Shown piece by piece: positions 51,801 to 64,000 of a stretch of 64,000 nucleotides of DNA. The translations under genes were made by a program, and so were the position numbers. The stretch covers positions 17,544,893 to 17,608,892 of the forward strand of contig CM119270.1 in assembly GCA_051294375.1 (NCBI GenBank), read 5' to 3'. Position 1 is the stretch's first letter; each line of letters opens with the position of its first letter. Below the pieces are notes generated by a model. The model saw only the letters and a program-made list of their open reading frames with translations. It had not been told where the DNA came from and searched no databases. The DNA comes from Paraspadella gotoi. Its lineage: Eukaryota > Animalia > Chaetognatha.

Positions 51801-52566
51801 ACATCACTCTACTGTGCAATTGTAAATCCTCACGCCATCCTCTCTTCTTCACCCGTTCATAACAGGCTCCCCACGAAGACCTACAAAAAGTCCTGGTTCC
51901 ACCAAAAGTTCGGAATTTCGACTGCTGGTTCTTGAAGCCGCTCTTCACCACTCCAAACCTTCGCTGGAGGAGACGTGCTGCGCTGTAGAGGATGTTTGTC
52001 TGCGGGGCCAAGGTGTTGACGTCCGACAGGCAGAGGCATGCACCGGGATACAGGTTAGGGGGGGATGTGGCGGGGTGAGCGTAGCATGATAGATTGTAGA
52101 TTGGATGATTTAGCATGAGGATGCGAATGGATGTGAACAAATGTTAATAAAAAAGGATTGCGAATAAATGTTATTAGGAAGTTAATGGTTGTGAATGGAG
52201 GTCAACAAATATGAAATGTTAATAAATGTAAATAAATGTCTACTATTGTCCGATATTATAAATAAATGTATCCTGTTGTAATGTTATTTTATGCTTTCTT
52301 CCGTCGCTCCTCCCCTCTCCCTTCGCATTACTCCTCCTCCCCCTCTNNNNNNNNNNNNNNNNNNNNNNNNNCCCCTCTCCCCCCCACAGTCTCTCGACGA
52401 GGACGACGCCTTCGATCCCCGCGACCGGCGCCTCGAGACGCCGCTTCACGAGGTGGCGCCGTCGATGAACCCCTTCGTCGACGCCGCACCGTCGCCGCAG
52501 CGCCGCGGGGTTGGTTTGGAGGCGGCGAACATCGTCGTCGAGGAAGACGATGAGACGGAGCATTGA
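36987..52566 (+). CDS. Endosomal Na+/H+ exchanger, SLC9A6/7/9 (Nhe3/NHX) family; internal exons present twice
   Basis: Exon 1 MEETKQ (36987-37004); [37 protein letters not shown]; [43 protein letters not shown]; [13 protein letters not shown]; [13 protein letters not shown]; [22 protein letters not shown]; [17 protein letters not shown]; [18 protein letters not shown]; last exon 52390-52566 ending DDETEH*. An intact reading frame needs a consensus of the two copies. Confidence 0.92.
37005..52193 (+). repeat. 7.6-kb tandem duplication (37005-44653 / 44651-52193) inside the NHE gene
   Basis: Collinear introns and exons that differ mainly by small indels. GTG microhomology at the junction. Confidence 0.95.
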
Positions 52567-52886
52567 GGAGGAGGAGGAGGAAGAGGAGGAAGAGGAAGAG
52601 GACTATGAAGAGAAATAGCGTGAATGAAAAATAAAACTCGATTACTTTGTTGAATAATTGACTTTCCAGTGATTATGTGAATTCTAGTGAACTCCTGTGG
52701 CAGATTTATTTGAGGCCCGTCGTTCCGTTATTTATTATCCAGTTTCTTTCATTTTATGCGATTTTAATTATTTTTTCTCATAAACTTTGGATGATTTTTT
52801 CGAAAGATTAAAAATAGGTGTTGAACTTTCGAATCCTAGACGAAGAAATGACTGAGGGGGTTTCACTTGATGACCGGTTTGTTGAA

Positions 52887-53387
52887 AACGAGTAGAACCG
52901 TGTACCTGGAGTCGGCATTGCCTATAAGCATGACACCTTCAGTCGTGACCCGGTGGCTCATTGAGTAAAACCAGGTACTGGGTTAAATTCCAACCCGGTA
53001 CCTACCCTGCGGGAAGCGTGAGGACGGCCGTAAGCCGCCTTGGGGCCGTGGAAAACCCTCGAGCCTGGTTCCAAGCCCAGGACCCGTTCCATGGCTGCGA
53101 GAGGGGGTTAAAGAAGTTACGGATAGCACTCTTCAGCCCCACTTAGCGCCTTATCCTTATCATTCTTGTTGATCCGTAACTAATTGATGGATTGATAGAT
53201 CGGCATTAGTACTTTTATGAGTTAGTAACAGAACCGTTCAATATAAGCAGTCCCTTAACTTCGTATCAGGCTGTAACAAAGCGTTACAGGCGGGTTAAGC
53301 GCCCCTGTCCCTCTTAACTGCTAGGGGACCACCGTGCTAGAACCCCGGACCTTTGGGGAATGACTTGCCAACTGCACCAATGGCCGC
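52887..53387 (-). mobile_element. Second SINE-like element on the minus strand with 19-bp TSD, hosting the nested copy above
   Basis: Minus head gcggccattggtgcagttggc (A-box) ... ggggttctagc (B-box-like). tgatgaMcggtttgttgaa at 52868-52886 and 53388-53406. Internal 53221-53272 recurs inverted at 23533-23585. Confidence 0.6.
52910..53157 (+). mobile_element. tRNA-headed SINE-like repeat, copy 2
   Basis: Aligns with 30263-30540 along its whole length, with internal deletions. Confidence 0.75.
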
Positions 53388-54118
53388 TGATGAACGGTTT
53401 GTTGAATTTAGTCCACCANNNNNNNNNNGTATACAGAAAAATAAACTAGAGGAAAGCCGAGCCTACAAATTCTCCCGCAAACCTTTTCACGGTGACCTAA
53501 ATAATTAACTCGGGTCACAAAAACCAACCGTACCTCAATAGATTAGCAAACAGTGACCAAATTATAAGTGACTAAACTGACCAAGGATCACGATTATTGA
53601 TTATTCAGCCGCAAAATTACCACCAAAAATCGAAGAAAAAGAGAGAGAATGACTAAATTATTACATTAGCCGACCTTAAAATCGTAAATATTGTGGAAGA
53701 CCACGACAAAGTAGGGTGCAGGAAGACGCATACATTATAAGTCAATTCTGAAATAATTGGGTGGCGTGACTGTACTTGCATTCGTTGTCAAAACGACAGA
53801 TTGTACATTGAGAATTTAAACCGATAATTAGACTTCGTTTTGGGATTTCGCTGTCTTCACAAAGGGCGGCGTTGACTTCGAAGGTGATGTCCATTTGTTN
53901 NNNNNNNNNNNNNNNNNNNNNNNNGATCCAGTCGATTTTTTTTTTAATATAAATTAAGCATAGATTCGAAATATTTTAAAAACTAATATTCTTGAAATAT
54001 TAAATCCACGATTTCAACCTCAAAACGAATGGAGATTAATAAAAATCAATGTCAATGAAGAGAAAAAATTTAAAAAAATTCAATCACGTATAAATTTGCT
54101 ACTTGTTTACAAAATAAG

Positions 54119-54590
54119 GTCTGGTGGACTCGCCGAAACCAAAAGCGCCGCGCGACGAGTGGGAAGTAAATCGAACTAACGGTGGGAACGAACGCGAAAA
54201 GCAACAAAAGGCATCGAAGAAACCCTGGGAAAAGAAAGTCTGCGGTGGACGCCACCACGAAAAAACCGCAAAATGGAAAAGACAATGGAAACGCCAAAAA
54301 AATGGAGCATGCCGCCTACAAAATCCACAACAAATAAATTGGCGACGAAACCTTACAATGGGTCTTGGGACCCGCAAAAATGGAGGAAAATAAATGAGAC
54401 GCAACCTACAAGGGCCTGGGCCCCGAAAAGATGCCAAATAAAATGCGACGCAACCTACCAGGCCGGCCGGGAAAAATGGACGCCAAAAAAATGGACACAG
54501 CGACGGAAATCAACCCCAATCGACAAACCTCATTTAATTACATCAATGCGACTGACAAAAAAAATTATAGACATTCGTATATTTTCTAAA
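54119..54590 (+). other. Frameshifted K/W-rich coding-like segment, probably the galaxin-like gene's tail in inverted orientation
   Basis: Plus-strand translation gives KKPWEKKV, TPKKWS, WDPQKW, KWTPKKWT. 54217-54242 is an inverted near-copy of 54677-54702 in the minus-strand exon. Confidence 0.45.
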
Positions 54591-54666
54591 GAAACCTCTG
54601 TTTTTACGATAAAACATTCGTTTCCCCCCCCCCCAATCGGCTCATTTTCCCACCCGATCGGCTCAC

Positions 54667-55998
54667 CTTCTTGTTCCAGTCTTTCTTTTCCCAAGGTTTT
54701 TTATCTTCTTCCTCTTTCTCCCAGGGTTTCAAGAAAATTGCTTGGACCTGATGGAGAACGAGGGAGAAACGGAGATGGAACCGTGAGACGGTTGTGANNN
54801 NNNNNNNNNNNNNNNNNNNNNNNNNNNNNNNNNNNNNNNNNNNNNNNNNNNNNNNNNNNNNNNNNNNNNNNNNNNNNNNNNNNNNNNNNNNNNNNNNNNN
54901 NNNNNNNNNNNNNNNNNNNNNNNNNNNNNNNNNNNNNNNNNNNNNNNNNNNNNNNNNNNNNNNNNNNNNNNNNNNNNNNNNNNNNNNNNNNNNNNNNNNN
55001 NNNNNNNNNNNNNNNNNNNNNNNNNNNNNNNNNNNNNNNNNNNNNNNNNNNNNNNNNNNNNNNNNNNNNNNNNNNNNNNNNNNNNNNNAAAAGATGAGGG
55101 ATGGTTCAACATTGGTCGTGATTACGAATTGTGAATTGTTTGGGAAGTCTGTGGTGATCTAAGGTCATCGGTAATGATGTAGGAGAATCGTGGTTGTTGT
55201 TGTCGTTTATGATAGAAAGATGTGGAATTTTATCGGTCAAATTGGGTATTATATAATATAAATATATAATAGATAAATATATATATAGATGTAGAATGAA
55301 TATCTATAGTTAAAATATAGAATCGAAAGGTGAAAGATGGTTAGTTTGATCGGAATGTGATGTTAGTTATGTGATTGGAATAGTGAAAAGAATTGAGACG
55401 GAGTAGAGTTTGAGAAGAAGAAGGAAATATGAGCTTGTGGTTATGAGACGGTGACAGAGTAAAGTGTGAATGATGACAGAGTAAAGTGTGAATGATGACA
55501 GAGAGAAAATCGGAAAGTGTGAAGAAGAAGAAAAAGAAGAAGAAAGAAGAAGAAAACTATTTTTTCTCACAAAATCCATCAACTGAGGAAATTGTTCTTT
55601 CAATGGGAAAAGTTTTTTTTTTTTTTTTGTAAAATCTTATCTTCAATTTTGTATTTATTTTTTTCCTACTGCATAGAAAATGAAGTAGTTTTGATTAATA
55701 TCATAATTTGTTTTAGAATATTAAACTGGACGGGGTGCGAGCGTGAAAATACTAGAGTAAAGGGATCCGTTGTTAAAATAAAATTTATACGAGGTGATTT
55801 TCCGCAGATCTATAAAAAGTTGAAGAATATGATCTCGCATAAATAATTCAGGTACGAGACGGGAGAGAAAATGGGAAGAAAAAGGAAATTGAAGGGAAAA
55901 AAAAGAAAGGGAAAAAAAAAGGGAATTGAAGAATAGAGAAGTAAGGAAGGGGAAAAGAAATGAGGAAAAAAGGGAATGATAGAGAGACAGAGATTTAA

Positions 55999-56089
<91 letters not shown>

Positions 56090-57467
56090 AAGACATCAAC
56101 TCACCCCAAGCTTCCCTCACCTCGTCCACGTGATCGCACCCGTCCTTCTTGGAGTGGACGAACCCATTGCAGCAGCTCCACTTCTCCGTCTTGAAGGCGA
56201 TTGGTCCGCAGCAGGCGTCGAAGCCGTCGGCGCGGCTCTGCAGAGTGTCGCCGCAGCAGAGATGCTTGGAGGTTTTGTAAGGATCAGATCCGCAGCAATC
56301 GTCGAACCAGTAGAGAAGATATCTGGAGGTGAGATGCTGTTTGTCACTTGGGACTTTTCTTTGAAGGTTTTACATCGCGGCCTTTGCCTTTGTTTTTGTC
56401 ATTTCGTCATTCGTCATTCGTCGTCGTCTTCGTCTTTGTCATCATCATTGGCTTTGTCCTTGTCAATTGGTCATCTCTGTCGTTTTCTTAGTCGTCGTCT
56501 CCCTGCCATCTTCGTTGTCTCCATCGTCGCCGTAATTGTCATCGTCGTCGTCTCTTAGTCGTTTTCATCAAAGTCATTATCGTCGTCTTTGTCGTTGTCA
56601 TTTCGTCATTTCTTAGTTGTCGTCTCTTCTACCATTGAACATCGTCGCAGTTGTTGTCATCATCGTCTTCGTCATTGCCATTATCATTGCGTTGTCGTCT
56701 TCATTGTCATCGTCCTAGTACTCGTCATCGTCTTTGTCATCATCTTTGTCGTTATCCTCACTTTATCTTGAGCTTAATCTTCCCGTCGCAACAGAGCTGC
56801 GTCTTCTTATCGTAGACCTTCTTCCCGCAGCAGCCCGTCAACTCTGGCTTGTCCAGATTCGGCCAATGATAGAGGCTCCCGTTGCAGCAGATTTGGATCC
56901 TGGGGTCGTAGAGGAGACGGGGCATCACCCCGCAGAAGCTCGCTCCTCCGGGGGCGAATTCGATGGCTGGTGAGGGGGGGGGAACAGGAGATGATAAATG
57001 CAACACAATTTATTTAAATTGAAAAAAAATAAAATTAATTTTATTTCATTTAATTTAATTTAATTGATTTCATAAATTTCAATTTAATTTTTTTACAACG
57101 TAATATATTTATACTATTTAATAATACAAATTAGAGGTCTGGGATGAATGAATTAACTCAAATCGAAGTTAATAGAAAAATTCATATACGGAGGCTTAGA
57201 ACAAAAAATAACTTTAAAAATTTACGAAAAAAAACTTATTTTGAAATTTAAAAAAACAAAAAACAAAAAACAAACCGAAATTTAGCTGCACCCACCGTTT
57301 CCGAATTCTTCCTCTGCCAAAGCCGGATCCAGCGGCTCTGGCCAGTAACCCTCGGGCGCGGGGTCCTGCCCTCCGACGGCTGAGACGTAAAACGAAATGA
57401 GAAAACAAAAGAACATCGTGGACGAAAGAAAAGCGGAGATGCGATGGGAGAGAGAGTTGAAGGGCAT
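54667..57467 (-). CDS. Secreted galaxin-like protein (tandem CC-G repeats) with K/W/E-rich tail
   Basis: Exons 57467-57296 (hydrophobic signal-like MFFCFLISFYVSAVGG), 56966-56762 (FCGVMPRLLYDPRIQICCNG..GCCGKKVYDKKTQLCCDG), 56322-56121 (DDCCGSDPYKTSKHLCCGD..DACCGPIAFKTEKWSCCNG), 54747-54667 (VQAIFLKPWEKEEEDKKPWEKKDWNKK). All GT-AG with consistent phases 1, 2, 0. Terminal exon unresolved. Confidence 0.8.
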
Positions 57468-58417
57468 CTTTCTCAAAATGACTTTTTTTATTACGTAAAA
57501 ATGTAATTTTTGTTTGTTTTTGTTTTAAAACGATTTTAGGGTTTAAATAAAAATATGTGTCGGTTATTACTTTAGCCAAAATAATAATCCATTTGTTTTT
57601 TTATGACTTTTTTCTTTACCGTAAAATAAATAAATTTATTTTTTTTAGCTTTTTGTCTTTTTTTTTTTCCAATTTCTGATTAGAAAAGATAAATTCGATC
57701 CTCGCGCTCCTGGTCAGCGATCGTATCATCTCTCTCTCTCGCCCTCTCTCTCTCTCTCTCTGCTCTCTCTTCTCTCGCGCTTTGGTTGGGTCTTGCCATT
57801 CAGACCCAACCGAGAATATCATTTCGAAAAAAAAAAAGAAGAAAATAAAATAAGATCGCCCGGAAAAAAGAATTTTCGTTGTCGTGATTTTTAAGTCATC
57901 TTAATTTATCCCTCGGAAGTCTTCGTGATTGTTGTTGTCTTTTTCTTCCTGATCGTCGTTGTCGTTGTTGATGTCATCAATTTTCCCATTATCGTGTTAT
58001 CGTTATCGTTATCTTCGTTGGTATCGTCCTTGGCACCATTGTCGTCGTCGTCGTCGTCGTCTTCCTCTTCGCTGTAGATTGTTGGAAGCCATGATTAACA
58101 GTTTATGTAAATTTCCGCTGGGATCCTATCTAGTCATTATGAGAATATGATCGATCTCTCTCTCTCTCTCTCTCCCTCCCTCTCTCTCCCTCTCTTTCTG
58201 CCTCGATTTTTCTTCCAAAAACTAGTCAAGAGTCTTTCCAGTCGTTTGACATTCTGCCAAAACTTTTCTCTCTTCTCGATTTCTTTCCAAACTCACCTTT
58301 TTTTTTATTCCAGCAAAAAAGAGATAATAAGGATTTTTTTATTTTGTCTTATCTTCTCTTTGTCTTGGGGTAAGAAGTAGCTAACTCGATCTAACTATCT
58401 TTCATTCTTTCAGCTTT

Positions 58418-58502
<85 letters not shown>

Positions 58503-59024
58503 AAAATCATTTGTTAATCTTTAATGTTTTAGCCAATACTCCTTAATCTCTTTCATTGTGACTAATAACCTAAAAAGATTTTTAAACTAGTACCATTAAC
58601 CCAAAGTGAAACTTTTTCTCCAATCACCAATCACCCACCAATCACCCACGAATCACCCCAACTTTCTCCTCTCCACTCGGGTGAGTCGAGGTTGGATTTC
58701 GGCGTCAACTCTTTTTAAAACCGGAACTTGACGCCCAAAGACCTTAAGCCGACGACGAAGACGACGATGGTAACGACGACGATGAAGAAGACGACGACGA
58801 CAGCGACGAAGACGACGACAATGTTGCCGTCGAAGACCCGACGAAGGCAACGACCACATGAACAAAAAAGTAAGACAAAAGTGTGAGTAACGAAGGAAAA
58901 TACTCAATAACGTAGCTGATGTAAGCGATAAGGCCACTTAAAATTTGAACTCAAATAGTAGGCAATGAGGCAATGAGGCAACGATGAAGTTGACAAAGGA
59001 ATAGACAATAGAAAAGATGATGTT

Positions 59025-60644
59025 GAACGCAACGCCGATGACAATGACGAATTCAATGAGCTAATGGCAATGTCTGCAACGAAGGCAATGACGATGATGA
59101 TGACGAAGGCAACGACGACGATGATGACGAAGGCAACGACGATGATGAGAGGCCACGAAGGCAATGATGACTGACGAAGGCAATGACAAAGGAGATGACT
59201 GACAGGCACTGACGAATGTTCAGAAGGGGCAATCGACGATGATGATGATTAGTAAGCAACGACGATGATGATGATGACGGAAGGCAATGACGAGATGATG
59301 TCAAAGGCAATGACGACGATGATTAGAAGGCAACCGACGATGATGATTGATGAAAGCAACGACGATGATGTGAGAAGGCAACGACGACGATGATGACGAA
59401 GGAAAATGACGACGATGATTACAAACGCAATGACGACGATGATTACAAGGCAATCGACGACGATGATGACAAAGGCAATAACGACGATGATAGACAAAGG
59501 CAACGACGACGATGATTATGAAGGCAACGACGATGATGATGATGAAAGCAACGAGGATGATGATGACGAAGGCAATGACGACGATGATGACAAAGNNNNN
59601 NNNNNNNNNNNNNNNNNNNNNNNNNNNNNNNNNNNNNNNNNNNNNNNNNNNNNNNNNNNNNNNNNNNNNNNNNNNNNNNNNNNNNNNNNNNNNNNNNNNN
59701 NNNNNNNNNNNNNNNNNNNNNNNNNNNNNNNNNNNNNNNNNNNNNNNNNNNNNNNNNNNATGATGAAGGCAACGACGACGATGATGACGAAGACAACGAC
59801 GACGATGATGACAAAGGCAACGACGATGATGATGACAAAGGCAACGATGAAGGCAAAGTCTCTGGCGCCAAAAACGACGACGAAAACGATGACAGGAACA
59901 TTAACGAAAACTAATATGAGGAGAACCAGGGCGACGACGACGACGAAAACGAAGAAGAAGGCGATGGAGGAAAAGTTGAATACTAAAGGAGACACACAAG
60001 TCAAGATGCTCATGACGGGAAGACGACGACGACGACGACGACGACCGTCAGAATGAAGACGAAGTTTTTCATAGAAAAAAATGCAGACGTGAAAAATGAA
60101 AAAAAGGAAAGTAAAGAGGAAATATCGGAGAGGAAAATGGGAAAACTGACACGGAAATACGTGACAAAAAGTGACAAAGAGAAACGTGACAAAAAGTGAC
60201 AAAGAGAAACGTGACAAAAAGTGAAATTAAATGACTTGAGAGTTGAGACGATCGCGGCAAAATATAACTTAAGTCATTAAATTTTAAACCGGAACCAAAA
60301 AGTTGAGAAAAATATTCTCATGTGTAAATTGGAGGAGAAATTATGTTAAAATATTTAAATTATTTTTCATAGTACATAGTACATAGTACATAGTAAAAAA
60401 ATTATGAGAAAAAAAAAGATGGGAAAGTTAAAACTATAAAAGAGAGAAGAGAGAGAACCTCGGAGAGAGAATAGAGAAAATAGAAATAAATGGGATCTTT
60501 GAAAAAAGGGATGAAAATGGAATGAAAAAGGGATGAAAATGGAATGAAAAAGGGATGAAAATGGAACAATGCGAAGAAAGGAAGGTCGGATGATGAGGAT
60601 AATAAATCTCTTTTTCAGAGATAAACTCTTCTTCAACCGATGGA

Positions 60645-60691
<47 letters not shown>

Positions 60692-63602
60692 AGGCGTTCC
60701 CTGCATTTCCGGTTATCCCGAGATGAACGTAATTCGCGCGAATCTCCTCGTAAAGGCGCCAAGATTTGAAATGTGGCGCCGATTTTCGAGGGACTTAAAG
60801 TTAAAATTATCGCCGATGAAATCAGTCGTTATTTTTGTTGAGGAAAAAAAAATTTAGGAATTAATCAATTTCCACATATTCAAGATTTAAATGTAAAATA
60901 TTTATTAGTGGGAACTGGAATCTGACAACATCATTGCTAAAGTCTAAAGCAATGTCAAATCAATTGTCCGACTTTTGATCACAATCGCAAATATTTTAAG
61001 TCCAGAAAAACAAAAGTACGGATATATTTTAATTAAATATTTTCAAATACTAAGATACAATCAGATCGATTATAATAACAAAATGTTATCAAGCTCGATA
61101 GAAGAATAAAATAATTGCAATAACATTCATTAATAAAAGATATATTTATTTTTAAAAAAACATTTTGATCGACATTTTTTGGTTAAATTTTCCTGTCTGA
61201 CTGTGTCCGATCATTCTCCAATTGCGTCAGTCCTCTTAAGTCGGGATGCGCTCACATCCGGATGCGCTCACGTCACGAACGAGTTCGCCCGATGCCTCGT
61301 CCAAAAGTCACCCGGGAAAAAAGACGACGTGAACGCCGAAATTGGACAATGTACAATTCAAATGAGCTAATGGCAATGTCTGCAACGAAGGCAATGACCG
61401 ATGATTGATGTGACGAAGGCAACGGACGACGATGATGACGAAGGCAACGACGATGATTGACTGATGACGAGGCAATGACGACGATGCATGACAAAGCAAT
61501 GACGACGATGATTCGAGCAACGACGATGATGATGATGTAAGCAACGACGATGATGATGATGACGGAAGGCAATTGGACGAACGATGATTGTCAAAGGCAT
61601 GACGACGATGATTACGAAGCACGACGATGATGATGATGAAAGCAACGACGATGATGATGACGAGGCAACGACGACGATGCATGACGGAAGGAAATGACGA
61701 CGAATGATTACAAACGCCAATGACGACGATGATTACAAAGGCAATGACGCACGATGATGACAAAGGCCAATAACGACGATGATGACAAAGGCCAACGACG
61801 ACGATGATTATTGAAGCAACGACGATGATTGATGATGAAAGCAACGAGGATTGATTGATTGACGAAGGAATGACGACGATGATGACAAAGGCAACGACGA
61901 CGACGATGACAAAGGCCAACGACGATGATGATGACGAAGGCCAACGACGACGATGATGACGAATAAACGGACGACGATGATTGACAAAGGCAACGCTCGA
62001 TGAATTGAAGGCAACGACGACGATGCATGACGAAGACAACGACGACGATGATGACAAAGGCAACGACGATGATGATGACCAAAGGCAACGGATGAAGCCA
62101 AAGTCTCTGCGCCCAAAACGACGACGAAAACGATGACAGGAACATTTAACGAAAACTAATATGAGTGAGAACCAGCGGCGACGACGACGACGAAAACGAA
62201 GAAGAAGGGATGGAGGAAAGTTGGAATACTAAAGGAGACACACAAGTCAAGATGCTCATGACTGTGAGGAAGACGACGACGACGACGACGACGCCGTCAG
62301 ATTGAAGACGAAAGTTTTACATAGAAAAATGCAGACGTGAAAAATAAAAAAAGCGAAAGTAAAGAGGAAATATCGGAGAGGAAAATGGAGAAACTGACAC
62401 GGAATACCGTGACAAAATAAGTGACAAAAGAGAACGTGACAAAAGTTGACAAAGAGAAAACGTGACAAAAAGTGAAAATTAAATGACTGAGAGTTGAGAG
62501 ATCGCGGCAAATATATAACTTAAGTCATTAAATTTTAAACCGGAACCAAAAAAGTTGAGAAAATATATTCTCGATGTGTAAATTGGAAGAGAAATTATGT
62601 TAAAATATTTTAAATTATTATCATAGTACATTGTACATAGATACATAGTAAAAAAATTAATGAGAAAAAAAAGATGGGAAAGTTAACACTATAAAGAGAG
62701 AGAGAGAGAGAACCTCGGAGAGAGAATAGGAAAAAATAGAAAATAAAGGGATCTTTGAAAAAAGGGATGAAAAAAAAATGGAATGAAAAAAAAAAGGAGA
62801 TGAAAATGGAATGAAAAAAGGGATGAAAATGGAACAATGCGAAAGAAAGGAAGGTCGGATGATAAGGATAAAAATCTCTTTTTCAGAGATAAACTCTTTC
62901 TTCAACCGATGGAGGCGGCGGCGGCGGCGGCGGCGCGGCGGGCGGAGGCGTTCCTGCATTTCCGGTTTATCCGAGATGAACGTAATTCGCGCGAATCTCC
63001 TTCGTAAAGGCGCCAAGATGAAATGTTTTGGCGACCGATTTTCGCAGGGACTAAAGTTAAATTATCGCCGATGAAATCTGGTCTGTTATTTTTGTTGAGG
63101 GAAAAAAAAATTAGGAATTAATCAAATTTTCACCATATTCAAGATTTATTAAAATTTATTAGTGGGAACGGAATTCTGACAAACATCATGCTAAAGTCTA
63201 AAGCCAATGTCAAATCAATTGTCCGACCTTTTGATCACATCGCAAATGTTTTTTAAGTCCAGAAAAAACAAAAGTACGGATATATTTAATTAAATATTTT
63301 CAAATACTAATACCAATCAGATCGATTTATAATAACAAAAATGTTATACACGCTCGATGAAAATAAAATAATTTTGCGCATAACATTCATTAATAAAAGA
63401 TATATTCATTTTTAAAAAACATTTTGATCGACATGTTTTTGGTTAAATTTTCCTGTCTGACTGTTTCCGATCATTCTCCAATGCCGTCAGTACTCTTAAC
63501 GTCGGGGGATGCGCCTCACATTCCGGATTGCGCTCACGTCACGAACGAGTTCGCCCGAATGCCTTCGTCCAAAAAGTCACCCGGGAAAAGGAAAGACGAC
63601 GT
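59025..63602 (+). repeat. 2.3-kb tandem duplication (59025-61330 / 61331-63602) including a ~24-bp GAC/GAT minisatellite
   Basis: Collinear blocks; the second copy is rich in single-base insertions. Confidence 0.93.
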
Positions 63603-63692
63603 AGAACTCAGCAGCAGCGGCCGCCGCTGCGACGGGGCGCGGCGAATGCTGCCGGTGACAACGAAGACTAGTTTACACGTGATGGAGGAATC
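60619..63692 (+). other. Possible exons of an unidentified plus-strand gene (duplicated block)
   Basis: Acceptor ttttcag at 60618 followed by open INSSSTDG(G)nVPCISGYPEMN then gtaatt. A GC-rich stretch at 61230-61330 / 63490-63692 reads LLSRDALTSGCAHVTNEFARCLVQK. No family recognised. Confidence 0.25.
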
Positions 63693-63700
63693 GGAAAGAA

Positions 63701-63736
<36 letters not shown>

Positions 63737-63743
63737 CTGAGAG

Positions 63744-63777
<34 letters not shown>

Positions 63778-64000
63778 TGATGATGAGGATGAGAGTAGTT
63801 TCCTATTTGAGAATTCGGTTCCGAAAATTATTTTCANNNNNNNNNNNNNNNNNNNNNNNNNGAAAATATTCAACGAATTATGATTTGATTGGCTTTTTAT
63901 CTGAAATTCTCTGATGTTTTGACGCAATTAAACGTCACTTTTTCAAAAGGTCATCTTAACTTGGTTTTTTTTTTTTAGTTGTAATCTTGTCACGCGTGAG

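Noticed and set aside
44651-52566. Second NHE paralogue or pseudogene
   Set aside because: Introns are near-identical apart from indels, and only one first and one last exon exist.
53385-53410. Hammerhead ribozyme (ctgatga)
   Set aside because: No stem II followed by GAAA; the motif is part of a target-site duplication.
59053-62145. Poly-Ser/Val/Asp/Thr ORFs
   Set aside because: Translations of a GAC/GAT minisatellite; frames are not conserved between the two duplicated copies.

Overview
Eukaryotic, intron-rich, AT-rich invertebrate-animal genomic DNA from a noisy, gapped draft assembly. It has many N-gaps next to microsatellites and indel-ridden duplicated blocks. Four spliced genes can be reconstructed by hand with GT-AG introns: (1) an SLC16/monocarboxylate-transporter-like gene on the minus strand (22189 to at least 2457, 3' exons run off the left edge); (2) the beta-1,4-mannosyltransferase egghead/bre-3 on + (26858-34933); (3) an endosomal Na+/H+ exchanger of the NHE6/7/9 (Nhe3) family on + (36987-52566), whose internal 7.6 kb appears twice, probably an assembly artefact; (4) a secreted galaxin-like CC-repeat protein with a Lys/Trp-rich tail on the minus strand (57467 to about 54667). 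Nearly all ORFs in the supplied track are microsatellite read-throughs. The most striking pattern is that many splice junctions across these genes are tandemly echoed into the intron: exon end plus donor, or branch/pyrimidine tract plus acceptor, repeated 2-7 times. The copies decay away from the functional site, and the AG is often mutated in the nearest acceptor copies. Other notable items are a Pol III/tRNA-headed repeat carrying a twister-ribozyme-like module, a retroposed CCA-bearing tRNA-Leu 3' fragment between 23-bp target-site duplications, Helentron/HINE-like elements, several MITE-like fold-backs and a 4.8-kb fold-back palindrome. All calls are by eye; no database search was run.
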